Source: Squalus acanthias (Eukaryota). From it: 64,000 bases of DNA. Positions 48,581-62,623 of the stretch are shown here, piece after piece (the first letter of the stretch is position 1; each line of letters starts with the position of its first letter). Location: the NCBI GenBank assembly GCA_030390025.1, contig CM059432.1:123320001-123384000 (forward strand), in the 5' to 3' direction. Under the pieces are notes generated by a model. It searched no databases, was not told where the DNA came from, and saw nothing but the letters and a program-made list of their open reading frames with translations. The position numbers were made by a program, and so were the translations under genes.

Positions 48581-51500
48581 GCAAGCTTGTAAGGAAATTA
48601 GACCCAGAGAAAGCACTCTCCTTAAGCAAATACATTCAGAGAAAGCATTAGTCTGAAAAGTGTTTTTAACTTGCTAGTAGAGATAGTGTGACATGCTTTG
48701 TTATTTTATATGCGATGAGGACTGTTACAAAATAAGTTGAAGTTCACTGAAATCATTACTCTCATAATTAGCTTGTTGATTTATATTTGGCTTCGTCTCA
48801 CTAGAGTGTTTATCAGAATGTCTTTCAGAAGATAAGAGAAAGGCATGTGGGGCACGTGCGATATTAGAGTAAGCAATTCACACAACAAGGGGTTTTCATT
48901 GTTGCGGCCCCTTGGATCACGCTATCGAATGATTAGATATTGCACAGTAAAGGTAAGCCCCTGAGGGAATCGACTTAGAAGAGAGACTGTGGCACAAAAC
49001 CTGAGAGGTTATCTACTCCAGACTCAAATATTTGTAACAGTATAAAAGTGGTTAGAATGTGGAACTCGCTACCACAAGGAATAGTTGAGGCGAATAGTAT
49101 AGATACATTTAAGGAGAAGCTAGATAAGCACATGAGGATATGTTGATAGGTTAGATGAAGAGGGATGGGAGGAGGCTCATGTGGAGCACAGACCAGTTGA
49201 GCTGTGCTGTAAATTCTATGTAATCAATCATTGATTCTGGTGAGAGCCTGCAAGTTCAGTTGCTCCCTAGTTTTCCTAAAATTGGCACTGATGTACACAG
49301 CTAAATGGAAAGGCATAAGATGTAGCCAAGTGGGCCAGGGGTCTAGGGGATGCTTTTGGAGGCTGGAAGCTCTGGGATTCTAGATGATCTCAATTACAAT
49401 CTGAGATGTATCTTGGACTTTGAGATGCATAGAGCAGTAAAGGTCATGGCAGGATTTATTGGCTCTCATGTTGGAGTCTGCCATCTTATGTTGAACGACT
49501 ACTTCTCTTAGGAGAGCCTGTGTTCTTTGGGCATAGAGAAAGTTTATCAGTAATTTTCTTCATACAAAAAGAAAATACAAATGAGCCCTATTTTAACAGT
49601 ACTGTAATAAGACAATCTTCAGCTTCCCCCCCTGGGCAGTAACCTGGCAGGAGTGGATTGGCTGCTCGCTGTAGAACCTACCCAATTTTCATTCCACTGA
49701 AGCAGTGTCAATCTTCATAAATCCTCCTAGCAGGAGAACATGGGAGGAAATAACTAGCTAGAGGCGACAAAGAAGGAAGAGATTTCTTTACTGCAAGTCA
49801 AGGAAATTTTTTATAAAATTGCACAAACAGAAAGCAATTATTGTCAGAAACTAATGGCATTTATCCCGTTTTTTTTGGTTATTGGAAAGTTATAAGAACC
49901 ACTCCTCATTACACCCAAGGTCATTTCTGGCATTTAACATGGTGAGGACAGACCTGAGATCACTGCTCAGCTTTTATCAAAGGGCTATAACTGAATATGA
50001 ACCTATGTATTCTCTTGAGATCCAAGAGCAGATGTAACTGGGTCCAGCAAAGTGAAGCCAGGTTCTTCAGCAAAGAAGACCAAAGGGTCATACCTGTACC
50101 ATGGGAATAGCTGTACAGAGTGGTCTGAATCACAAGCAGAGAGAAAAGACTTTTGAATCAGTGCTGAACCAGTGAGGAGATGGATTGCTCATTGCTACTA
50201 AAAGAGACCAGGGCTGGAATTTTCTACTTTGGTTGAGCAATTGACAGCAAAGGCCAATGAATGGCAATGGGGAAGCATGGGGAAAGGTCTCTCGCAGGGC
50301 CAGACTAGGCAGCAAAGGGGGGTGGAGGGTGCGAATGAAAAAAAACTGGTTGGAGAAGCAGGACAGGCCTTAGAGTTGAAGGGAGAACAGAGCCGAGGGG
50401 TGGGCAATAGCTAGGTAGAGCATAGCGGGTTGCAGATTTGGCACATAGCGTGGGTAATGGCACGGAAGTGGAAGAGGTGGCAGTAGAGCCGGGCCCGCCA
50501 ACCGAAAGTTGTCCAGAGAAATAGGGGTGGGATCCGGCAGAATTGAAAAGAGAAAAAGTGCAGGAAATAAGTGAAACGTGAGAGCAGAAGCAGAGCCCAA
50601 AAGAATCGGGAGGAAGGCAGACATTCTACATGATATTGAGATGAACGCTGAATTTAAAATTTTAAAGATAAAAGTACGTACTTGAACTGGAAAAGAGATT
50701 TAAAAAAATGTTGGATGCCGTTGAGAGAAATTTTTGAGAAACTGGAACTTGGCGCATAGCACCACCCAATGGCCAGAGCCTAAACCTATATCTTGTTACA
50801 GGCACTGTTTACATACAGAATTTCAGTTGTAAATGCTTACATAGGCAGTTTCAATATTAAGTACAAACTTTAAAGCATAACGAAAAATCACAACAACAGG
50901 AAGTAGTTTAGTTGGATAGGAAGTGCACGCATATACAAGAATTTTAATACAATATTAATAGACGTCCAGTGGCATTGACTCATGGAAAATTGGTGGATAT
51001 GCTTTCTAACAAGGAGGGAGATGCACAACAGGGGCTATTGCACAATGGAGGAGACTTACAAGGGGAGAAGATGCATAAGGGGCAGGAGCACAGGACGGGA
51101 GAAATCCAGGAGAGGGAGAGGTTCAGAAGAGGGAGGAGAGAGATCCATGATGAGGAGGGGGAGGCAAGAGATGCTCAACAGAGGATTAACACAAAGGGGG
51201 AGATGCATAGGACGGGGGAGATCAACAAGCAGCTGAGGGAGATCAAAAGCACTGGGGGTGAGGTGGGATTTCAGAAAACATGCACGGGAGCATGTCCTAC
51301 GTGGAAAGCAGGGCGGGCTATTGGACCATGGAGGGAGATTGGACTGTAAACAGGAGATTGGACTGTGACTGGGGGTTTTACACACATCGGACCGAGTCAG
51401 TTGCAACACGGAGCAGGAAACATCGGGCCAGGGTAGCATATATCAGGCTAGGATGGACAGAGGAACGGGAATAGGCCATTCAGCCCATTGGCTGTCGCGT

Positions 51501-51619
51501 TTCCTATGTTACAACAGTGACTAAACTCCAAAAGTACTTCATTGGCTGTAAAGAGCTTTGAGACGTCCGGTGGTCGAGAAAGGCGCTATATAAATCCAAG
51601 TCTTTCTTTCTTTTGAGTT

Positions 51620-52312
51620 TGTATCACATTCAGTTAGATCGTGGCTGATCTGTACCTCAACTCCATTTACCCGCCTTTGGTCTCGATCCCTTGATACCCT
51701 TACCCAACAAAAATCTAGCAATCTCAGTCTTGAAAATATCAACTGACCCAGGATCGACAGCTTTTTGGGGGAGAGAGCTCCAGATTTCCACTGCCCTTTG
51801 TGTGAAAAAGTGCTTCCTGATTTCACTCCTAAATGGCCGCGCTCTAATATTAAGATTATACTCCCTTGTTCTGGACTCCCCCATCAGAGGAAATTGTTTC
51901 TCTGTATCTATTCTATCATATCCCTTAATCATTTTAAATACCTCGCTCAGATAGTCTCTCAACCTTCTAAACTCAAGGGAATAGAAGCCAAATTTATGCA
52001 ACTTGTCCTCATAATTTAACCCCTTTAGCCGTGGTATCTTTCTGGTGAATCTGCGCTGCACCCCCTCCAAGGTCAATACATCCTTCCTGAGGTTCGGTGC
52101 TGAAAACTGAACACAGTACTATGCAAGAGGTCTGACCAAGTCTCTGTACAACTGAAGCATCGCTTCTTCCCCTTTGTATTCCAACACCCTTAAGTTCAAG
52201 GCCAGCGTTCCATTTGCCTTTTTGATTACTTTGTGCAGTAGATTTTAGTGATTTGTGTACATAGACAACCAAATCCTTTTGCTTCTCCACAGTTTTTAGT
52301 TTCTCACCATTA
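51620..52312 (-). mobile_element. CR1 LINE 3' end
   Basis: LEGVQRRFTRKIP..LNYEDKL...FFTQRAVEIWSSLP. Confidence 0.85.
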
Positions 52313-52359
52313 AGACAATTCCCAGACTTGGCATTCAGCAGCCCAGTTATAGACCAGTG

Positions 52360-52792
52360 GAGAGACTAGAGAAGCTGGGATTGTTCTCCTTAGAGCAGAG
52401 ATAGTTAAGGGGAGATTTAATAGAGGTGTTCAAAATTACGAGGTGTTTAGATAAGGGTTAATAAGGAGAAACCTGTTTCCACTGGCAGGTGGGTGGGTAA
52501 CCAAAAGGCACAGATTTAAGATAATTGGCAAAAGAACTAGAGGAGAGATGAGGAGAAATGTTTTTATGCAGTGAGTTGTTTTGATCTGGAATGCATGGTC
52601 TGAAAGGGTGGTGGAAGCAGATTCAATAATAACTTTTAAAAGGTAACTGGATATAAACTTGAAAAGAAAAAAAATAATGGGCCATGGGGAAGAGCAGGCA
52701 GTGAGACTAATTGGACAGCTCTTTCAAAGAGCTGGCACAGACACGATGGGTCGGAATGGCCTCCTTCTGTGCTGTAAGATTCTATGATTCTA
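52360..52792 (+). mobile_element. CR1 LINE 3' end
   Basis: gagaagctgggattgttctccttagagcagag... and an (attctatg) tail. Confidence 0.85.
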
Positions 52793-52941
52793 CATCCACT
52801 GGGGATGATCTGGATAGAGAATATGAGTGGAGCATTGAGGTGGAATCCTTGATTACTAGACAGCAGGAACAGGAAGAGCAGGAGGAGGAAGAGGTGGCCC
52901 CTTGTTGGAGACTGCCTCCTTCAGTATCTGCATGCGTAGTT

Positions 52942-55900
52942 TTTTTATATTCGTTCATGGGATGTGGGCGTCACTGGCAAGACCACCATTTATTGCCCAT
53001 CCCTAATTGCCCTTGAAAAGGTGGTGGTGAGCTGCCTTCTTCAGCCGCTGCAGTCCGTGTGATGAAGGTACTCCCATAGTGCTGTCAGGGAGGGAGTTCC
53101 AGGATTTTGACCCAGTGACGATGAAGGAACGGTGATATATTTCCAAGTCAGGATGGTGTGTAACTTGGAGGGGAATTTGCAGGTGATGGTGTTCCCTTGC
53201 ACCTGCTGCCCTTGTCCTTCTAGGTGGTAGAGGTCGTGGGTTTGGGAGGTGCTGCTGAAGAAGCCTTGGTGAGTTACTGCAGTGCATCTTGTAGATGGTA
53301 CACACTGCAACCACAGTATGCCGGTGGTGGAGGGAGTGAATGTTTAAGGTGGTGGATGGGGTGCAAATAAAGCAGGCTGCTTTGTCCTCGATGGTGTCGA
53401 GCTTCTTGAGTGTTGTTGGAGCTGCACACATCCAGGCAAGTGGAGAGTATTCCATCACACTCCTGACTTGTGCTTTGTAGATGGTAGAAAGGCTTTGGGG
53501 AGTCAGGAGGTGAGACACTCGCTGCTGAATACACAGCCTCTGACCTGCTCTTGTTGCCACAGTATTTATCTGGCTGGTCCAGTTAAGTTTGTGGTCAATG
53601 GTGACCCCCAGGATGTTGATGGTGGGGGATTCGGCGATGGTAATGCCATTGAATGTCAAGTGGCGGTGGTTAGACTCTTGCTTGTTGGAGATAGTCATTG
53701 CCTGGGACTTGTGTGGCGCGAATGTTACTTGCCACTTATCAGCCCAAGCCTGAATGTTGTCCAGGTCTTGCTGCATGCAGGCATGGACTGCTTCATTATC
53801 TGAAGAGTTGTGAATGGAACTGAACACTGTGCAGTCATCAGCAAACATCCCCACTTCTGACCTTATGATGGAGAGAAGGTCATGGATGAAGCACCTGAAT
53901 ATGGTTGGACCTAGGACACTGCCCTGAGGAACTCCTGCAGCGATGTCCTGGGCTGAGACGATTAAACTCCAACAAGCACAACCATCTTCCTTTGTGCTAG
54001 GTATAACTCCAGCAGTGGAGAGTTTTCCCCCTGATTCCCATTGACTTCAATTTTACTAGGGCTCCTTGATGCCACACTCGGTCAAATGCTGCCTTGATGT
54101 CAAGGGCAGTCACTCTGACCTCACCACTGGAATTCAGCTCTTTTGTCCATGTTTGGAAAAAGGCTGTAATGAGGTCGGGAGTCGAGTGGTCCTGGCGGAA
54201 CCCAAACTGAGCATCGGTAAGAAGGTTGTTGGTGAGTAAGTGCCGCTTGATAGCACTGTCGACGACACCGTCCATCACTTTGCTGATGATTGAGAGTAGA
54301 CTGATGGGGCGGTAATTGGCTGGATTGGATTTGTCCTGCTTTTTGTGGACAGGACATACCTGGGCAGTTTTCTATATTGTTGGGTAGATGCCAGTGTTGT
54401 AGCTGAACTGGAACAGCTTGGCTAGAGGTGCGGTTAGTTCTGCAGCACAAGTCTTTAGCATGACAGCCGGGATGTTGTCAGGGCCCATAGCCTTTGCTGT
54501 ATCCAGTGCGCTCAGCCGTTTCTTGATATCACGTGGAGTGAATTGAATTGGCTAAAGACTGGCTTCTGTGATGGTGGGAGCCTCAGGAGGAGGTTGAGAT
54601 GGATCATCCACTAGGCACTTCTGGTTGAAGATGGTTGCAAACACTTCAGCTTTGTCTTTTGCACTCGCGTGCTGGGCGAGGATTGAGGATGGGGATATTC
54701 ATGGAGCATCCTCCCGTTAGTTGTTTAATTGTCCACCACCATTCACGACTGGATGTGGCAGGACTGCAGAGCTTTGATCAGATCCGTTGATTGTGGGATC
54801 GCTTATCCCTGTCTATAGCATGCTGCTTCCGGTGTTTAGCATGCATGTAGTCCTGTGTTGCAGCTTCCCCAGGTTGGCATCTCATTTTTAGGTATGCCTG
54901 GTGCTGCTCCTGGCATGCTCTTCTACAATCCTCATTGAACCAGGGTTGGTTCCCTGGCTTGATGGTAATGGTAGAGTGAGGGATATGCTGGGCCACGAGG
55001 TTACAGATTGTGGTAGAATACAATTCTGCTGCTGCTGATGGCCTACAGCACCTCATGGATGCCCAGTTTTAAGCTGCTGGATCTGTTCTGAATCTATCCC
55101 ATTTAGCACGGTGTTAGTGCCACACAACATGATGGAGGGTGTCCTCAGTGTGAAGACGGGACTTCATCTCCACAAGGACTCTGTGGTGGTCACTGCTACC
55201 AATACTGTCATTGACAGGGGCATCTGCAACAGGTAGATTGCTGAGGACAAGGTCAAATAGGTTTTTCCCTCACCACCTGCCGCAGTCCTAGTCTGGCAGC
55301 AATGTCCTTTAGGACTCGGCCAGCTCGGTCAGTAGTGGTGCTACCGAGCCACTCTTGGTGATGGACATTGAAGTCCCCCACCCAGAGTACATTCTGTGCC
55401 CTTGCTACTCTCAGTGCTTCTTCCAAGTGGTTTTCAACATGGTTTGTTGATTCATCAGCTGAGGGAGGTAAGTGGTAATCAGCAGGAGGTTTCCTTGCCC
55501 ATGCTTGACCTGAAGCCATGAGACTTCATGGGGTCTGGAGTCAATGTTGAGGACTCCCAGGGCCACTCCTTCCTGACTATATAACACTGTGCCGCCACCC
55601 CTGGTGGGTCTGTCCTGCCAGTGGGACAGGATATACCCAGGGATGGTGATGGAGGGTTCTGGGACATTGGCTGACAGGTATGATTCTGTGAGTATGACTA
55701 TGTCAGGCTGTTGTTTGACTAGTCTGTGGGACAGCTCTCCCAATTTTGGCACAAGTCCCCAGATGTTGGTGAGGAGGATTTTGCAGGGTTGACTGGGCTG
55801 GGTGTGCCCTTGCCGTGTCCGAAGCCGGTGCCTAGGTCGATGCGGGGTGGTCCGTCCAGTTTTATTCTTATTATTGCTTTTCGTAACGGTTTGTTATAAC

Positions 55901-56216
55901 TGAGTGGCTTGCTAGGCCATTTCAGAGGGCAGTTAAGAGTCAACCACATTGCTGTGGGTCTGGAGTCACATAAAGGCTAGACCGGGTAAGGACGGTAGAT
56001 TTCCTTCGCTAAAGGACATTAGTGAAGCAGATGGGTTTTTACGACAATCAATAGTTTCATGGGCACCATTACTGATACTAGCTTTTTATTCCAGATTTAT
56101 TTAATTAACTGAATTTAAATTCCCCAGCTGCCATGGTGGAATTTGAACTCACGTCTCCGGATCATTAATCCAGGCCTCTGGATTACTAGCCCAGTGACTC
56201 AACCACTATGCTACTG
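52942..56216 (-). mobile_element. Apparently full-length CR1/L2-group LINE: tRNA-like 5' head, AP endonuclease plus RT, no ORF1 (decayed)
   Basis: A and B boxes at 56203-56213 and 56138-56150; PDIVILTESYL, VGDFNVHH, PWFNEDC, QFGFRQDHS..ALDIKAAFDRVWH and FADD motifs; 3' UTR and A-rich tail at about 52942. Confidence 0.88.
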
Positions 56217-56219
56217 TTC

Positions 56220-56900
56220 CCAGATCTCCCTGGCTCCACATTCAAAAGACCGGCCTGTGGTCTGTCTTCAGCCTTGTCTTCATCATCTGTTGAATCCTCC
56301 TGCTCCTTCAGGTGGAGGCCTCCATCAATGGCTAGATTGCCAAGCACTGGATACCTCCCCTGGATTATATTGCAGGGCACCGCTGGAATGACGGAGCCCG
56401 CAGAGGTGTCATTAACCATGGTAACAGTGAGTAGTGAAGATCCGCTAGCAGCCAGCCCTTCAATTCTTACCCTTCTTCAACCAAGGGTGAAACGGTGGAT
56501 TTCTGCAGATGGATTCATTGTGTGAGCTGCCAGAGAACTTGGCATTCCCCATCGTAATTTTGCATAATAATGCAGAGTAACTGGGTATTAATGGAGTCAA
56601 ACCTTTATCAGTTCATGTGAAGGGTACTCCTCCCCACAGGAGTGCACAGGTCCATATGGGTCCCATCAATCATGCCCTGCTGGCTGGGCAAAGCAGCAAG
56701 TTGGTAGAAGCCAAGGGCACATGCTTACTACTCTCTGGCATCCATGGAGAAGATGATGAATTGATCTGCCTTGGAAAATAGGGTACGTGGCATATGGCAC
56801 AGGTTTTTTGCGAGAGCTTCTCAGTTTTTTCTATGTAGTCTATGCACAAGGACACAGTGGAGTGATTGATGCCTCCTTGACAGTATCCAGAAGAAGCCAA
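56220..56900 (-). pseudogene. Harbinger (HARBI1-like) transposase remnant
   Basis: Manual minus-strand translation gives FYQLAALPSQQGMIDGTHM, NAKFSGSSHNESI and GWLLADLHYSLLPWLMTPLR, then an acidic C-terminus (EDSTDDED). Confidence 0.75.
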
Positions 56901-59699
56901 TTGTAGAAAAGTTGTTGAAGGCCATCATATTCAAGGAAATTGAAATAACAGTGATATTTTCATTCATTTTGTGATTCCTTATACATGTTGTTCGTGAGTT
57001 GCCGCTGAGACTAAAGAGCCATGGGCATCGCCTTTCAGTTAGTGCTAATTATAGGAATTCTTCCCTATTTCAGCATCCAAACTAACCTGGTATCCTGGGA
57101 GCTATGCCACAGACAGATATTCTAGAAGGACCTTGGCATAAAGCCACAAAATCAAAACAAAGAGACCGCCACTAACAAATATCCACGCAATGTAAAAATA
57201 CTCAAAGCCTTCCTAAGAATTACAGGCAGTAGGCTAACTCTGGATTCAGCTAACGGACAAACCAGATTGTCTCAATCACTCATCTCAATTACTACTTTGG
57301 AATCCACGTCAGTATCCTCTGTATAATTCATCAGGACCTCATAAATTGGCATTTCATCTCTGGGTTTCTTGTCATCTGGTTGCTGCGCAGCTCCTGCTGC
57401 GTGCTGGATTTGACTGAGCTGCCATTTTGTGGGCACCTTTATAGTTAAGCCTTCTGATTTCAGGGTTCAACATGATGAGATCTGATAATTATCCCAAACG
57501 AATTGCAACATTAGGATTAAAAGCGCTGACACATGGACATGTCAATATCGGCCCTCTGCAGTTGTGGTCTAATACCTGCAGCAGCTTCCCCTGTATGTTA
57601 CTGGAGGACTTCACCTTCCCTTATAGTGGTGGACAGCAGTGGCGAGGAGTGCACCTCCAATCACCTGCATCATGTACAGATGCTGAACAAAGCTCCATGG
57701 TGGGGAGAAGACTGAGGATGCAGCTAATGGTCAACTCCTTTTAGCATAATACTTGGTGAAGACAGTTATAAGCGTTTATTGTTTACTTAAAATAACGTGC
57801 TTTTTTTTCCAAAACTCTTTTTCTGGTTAAACCTTATTAATCCCAAAGTTTTCTGTTTAACAACTTTGGGGTTAAGTTTGACTTTGGGCGACAGTGTAAA
57901 ACGGGCAAAATCGATTCAGCCGTTAAATATCACTCCCGATTTTAATTTTCATTGACTTTACCCATATTGTCACCTATATTACCCCCCCCCCCCACCCTTT
58001 TGTTTTATTTTTGACCTGAAACCGCATGCATTTCCTTGCAGCTCATTTTTTGACTGAAATTCAGGAAAAAACAACACTGTTCGGCGATATGCAAATGAGT
58101 TCGAGCGGAAACTTCAGCGAAGAATTCAATTTGGAAAACTAGCGCAAGTTTGAGCGGGGTTTGCGCCTGGATCGCCGATTACGCCCAAAGCGGAAACTCT
58201 ACCCTAGCAAATCTGACTTTGTTTCCTGTTGCAGCTGAAAATCTGTTGGTAATTTGAAGAGCGGCTCTGAGCAAGCACGATCGCAGGACACATGTGTATC
58301 AGGCTCTGTAACTTGGGGATGAGGCCATTATTATGGACGGAGAAGCATTCGGGCGGAAAGATCGACAGACGATCGTAAAAAATCGAGGAGATTTGGGCGT
58401 ATTGGGCTTATGCGCGTAACTCACTTACACCCAAAATCCCGTTATCTTTTAGGCCGCGTATTTGGTTTGCGCCCGATTGCACGTGTCTCTGAGCACAAAT
58501 ACGCAGGAAATTCCAGGCCAATATATTTTGAACTTGGGCAAAAAGTAGACATGGGACTGGTTGGGACATGCACAACATTTCATTTTGTGCTATATTTGAA
58601 CTAGGTGCTCAATTAGTGCTTCATCGTTCTGGAGGAAAGCACTGAGAATTCGTTCTTTTCAGTCGAGGGCACTTAGCGTAATCTCCAAATTGGTGGTATA
58701 TGCGTTGCTTGTGTGTTTACTTCCTAGATAAAATGCTACTGTCCGCATTAAATCAGCCTTTGGGAAAAGCAACTCCAGTAATGCGGTGGAAAGCAGCAGC
58801 AAGTGGATCTTGGAAGGATAGCAGCAGCAACGCACGTAAAACCATTGGCCGCCTGCAGAGGGCAGCACGGAAGCTGGCAGAGCGCAGGCCCAATCTGGAT
58901 GTAGGGATGGTAAACAAGATGGCATGAGGGCAGGAGAGAGAGCGAGAATTGGATGGTAGTGCAGGGTAGTTAATTTAAAAACACGTAAACGCTCAATTTA
59001 AACTATAAAGGGTCATCCAAATATACACCTGGGGAGAATGTCCATTTTAATTTGACCTCTTTTTCGCTACTCGCCATCTCAAAGCAATTTGAAGTGTAAA
59101 TTGCAAGGCTTGCCTGTTGCAGCCAACTGAAGTTTCACAATGCAACTGGACAACCGTATTCACACGTTACTGCTGGTTGCAAGGGTGTTGCAATGAGGTA
59201 AAAAGAAGAGTACTGAGAAGATTGATCTGGACGGAAGGCTGCTGAAATCTTACAATCTGGTGCAACTGAGGGCATTGACATTAACTAAGCATGAGGGACG
59301 GAGCTGCATGTAAGATATTCCTGTACTCATTAATCTTGGTTGAAAAACAGACAAGGAAAGAGTGGCAAGAAAAAAAATGGACAATTTATTTATGGTTAAG
59401 TTTCCTTTGGGCAACCCAACCAAAATTAAATAATTAAACAAGATTTAAAAAAAAACAAAGTGAGGGGGAAAAAAATGGCCAACGTACCATATTAAAGGTC
59501 ATTACTGGTGCATTTGTCCAGTATTCCACAGTTGCACAGCCACGTAGAAAAGTGAATCTTTCACTCCACGTTGGCCCTAGAATTAGTGAGCTTCGCAGAG
59601 GAAAAGATTTTGAAGTATTACGGCAACGGTGCAAAAAGTGAAGAGTGGCATTTTCTGTCCAGGAGCGTGGGTGTAGCAGGCATTGCCAATGGAGCAAGA

Positions 59700-59702
<3 letters not shown>

Positions 59703-59739
<37 letters not shown>
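59703..59739 (+). repeat. Poly(G) run of 37 nt
   Basis: Directly visible homopolymer. Confidence 0.9.
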
Positions 59740-59740
<1 letters not shown>

Positions 59741-61091
59741 GGTTGCTGAGAGTGCAGCGGGCATAGAGGTGCATGACTTACAGCTGCTGCTAGCTGTTTT
59801 CTTACAACTATCTTCTCAGGCAACAACCGTTTCTGTGACCCTTCTGATCTTTCACTCTGTGCTGTACTGAGATAATGCAGCCAGGTCTGGCAATTAACCC
59901 CATTTAGCAGCAGGACCCCACACTTGGAGTTACGTAGAATCCCCATTTCACTACTTGTCGATCCAGAATGCAGAAGATATTTAATGTTAAGCCCAACTCA
60001 AGCAGTCTTGTGATCAAATTGATTCATAATAAAACATTTACAGAGGCACGTATATAGACAGGCACAATGTAGGACAATAATTGTGCAAATGATGTGGAAA
60101 CGATCTACAAGGTGATTCTAGTGTCAAGCTTTCCTTAGTTAAAGTCAAACAGGTCAGGAAAACTGCTTCCAGATTCTGCTAGTTTCTTGGAATTGAGCTT
60201 TTCAGGTGGCGATATCAAGTGTGAAATACATGAGCCAATAAACCAGAACTGTGCAGCACTTCAAGATTCTCATGCTTTATATGTTTAATTATTTTGCTGT
60301 TAACAGCCAATTAAGATGAGCTTACCGAACATACATAACTGATCAGGTAGTTAGTTGACGCGAGTTGATCTGGCCACTAACCCGGTAAATGAAAGGGATA
60401 TGTTATAGGCAACCTGACAGTAACACATCACATCAGTTACAAACCTGTCTGATGTCAAAACATTAATAAACTCCCTATAAACAAAACCCCAGACACACAA
60501 AATTATTAGCTGTAACAGTCTATAGAATTTCACACTGCTACGGACAATTTGAAGAAAGTTAAATAATTATTGTGATTCAGGATGAAGTGCTCAGACCCCT
60601 TTGAAGCAGAAACAACTAGTCTCATGAATGCTACTGGTACTTTTTTTAACACATCTTGTCTTAACTAATTCTTCAACGACAGAAGACAGCCCAGTCACAC
60701 ATGCAGCCCAACTTCAATATATATATATATAAAAATAGGCTGAGGAACATGAGCAGGCTCAAACTGACCAGTGAGGCCGTAGCTGAGATGCGCTACTCAG
60801 TTCATTAAGATTTGCAGGGCAGTCAACCCTCTGTAATGAACTGCCCGTGGCAAGGAAATTCTCCACCACCTTCAACTTCTATGCTACAGTGAGCTTCCAG
60901 GCACCCATAGGGGACATTTCAGGAGTTACCTACTTTGTCCTGTATCACTCCATTGAGAAGGTACCCAAAGCCCTGTATCTCAACTGACCCCGCACATACA
61001 CCTTAACAAGAACCAGCACCAGACCAGCAACTGGAGGCAGGGAGACAGTGTGCAAGGGTGTTATTGCACAGATCATCTATTATTCCAGTTG

Positions 61092-61510
61092 AAAGAAGAA
61101 AGGCTTGCATTTCTACAGCACATTTCATGACCTCAGGATGTCCCAAAGCACTTTACAGCCAATGAAGTACTTTTGAAGTGTAGTCACTGTTGTAATGTGG
61201 GAACCAATTGGCACACAGCAAGCTCCCACAAACAGCAATGTGATAATGACCAAATAATCTGGGGGTTTTTATAGTGATGGTGGTTGAGGGCTAAGTATTG
61301 GCCAGGACACTGGGGAGAACTCCACTGCTCTTCTTTGAAATAGTGCCATAGGATCTTTTATGTCCACCTGGTTTAACGTCTCATCACTCCCTCAGTACTG
61401 TACTGCAGCGTCAGCCTAGATTATTGTGCTCAAGTCTCTGGAGTGGGACTGTGAACCCACAACCTTCTGACTCAGAGGTAAGGGTGCTGCCAACTAAGCC
61501 ACAGCTGACA
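61092..61510 (-). mobile_element. DeuSINE (SacSINE1-like) with internal deletions
   Basis: Reverse complement of the head and tail of 62673-63140. Confidence 0.8.
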
Positions 61511-62623
61511 CCTTTATTATTTTCCACTGCACGTATTTATAATCACAAAACTTCTGTTTACCATCTCTTTTGTATACCTCAAAGTATATGCTTTGTTTAT
61601 TTAACTCATAGACACACCAGTAGACCAGTAAGGAAGCCATTCAATCACAACCACTACTACCTGGTTCTCACCAGTGCTTGGTATCTCACCCTATGCTTCC
61701 CTATCAACATCACTATCGGCTTCACCCACAGTATATGTATCTGTGCCGGTGCCTACTTCAAGTGGAAATGATGACACTTGGTGCTGTGTGGGACACAGCT
61801 CGTGGTTCCTGGTGTGGGGACAACAGATGATACATTATGGGGGTAATTTTGCAATGAGTCACTCTGGCACAAAGCCTCATTAAAGCGTGTGCAAATCAGA
61901 AAGTTAGAGCTACAATGTCATAGTCCTATCTCCACTACCACCCTTACCCCTAGAAAAGCACCATGCTGAGAGTGGTGTCTTGCTAAAGCACACTTATCCA
62001 TGTGGGTACTTTATTATCAGTACATGCGCTTACGCACAAACATTACAGATTGACAGGTTGATGTAACATAACTTGTACATCACAGAATTTATGATTAATG
62101 TGATACCTGGTAATCGTTCTGTGCTCTCCTCCAATCTTCACACTATCAACACTTTCTGCTTCCTTCCTTCCAAATTAGTGAACCACTGACTCCTGAGATG
62201 CAGTCAGTTCCTTGGTATCTTGGGCTCCACCATACTGTGCCTTTTTATTATGTGCTGAGCTTGTCTTTCAACATAAGAGCAGTGGGGACTGAAGTAAGGT
62301 AATTTGGCCCATGGGGATTCTTTCCTACAATATATTCTCTTTCTTATCACGGTAGGTACAAAGTAACTTGCACACAACCCTGTCATTTTCATTTCCAGTG
62401 GAGGTAGCACGTCCGATTAGAGGTGTTCTGTGCTCAGTCGGATTGCCAGATCTCCTCTCCCATCAAGTGAAGGTGGCAGCAGGAACACTAACGGTTTACT
62501 GCCAATACCATACTAAATCCTTGTTAACATTTCTCTGGGTCAGTGCAGTGTTTTTGAGCAGATACCTTTTAACAATTTTTCCTCCATGTCCACATATATG
62601 TCCTCTGTTCTGGTTTTAATATT

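Noticed and set aside
59434..59946. Poly-Pro / poly-Gly ORFs
   Set aside because: They result from translating the poly(G) run.
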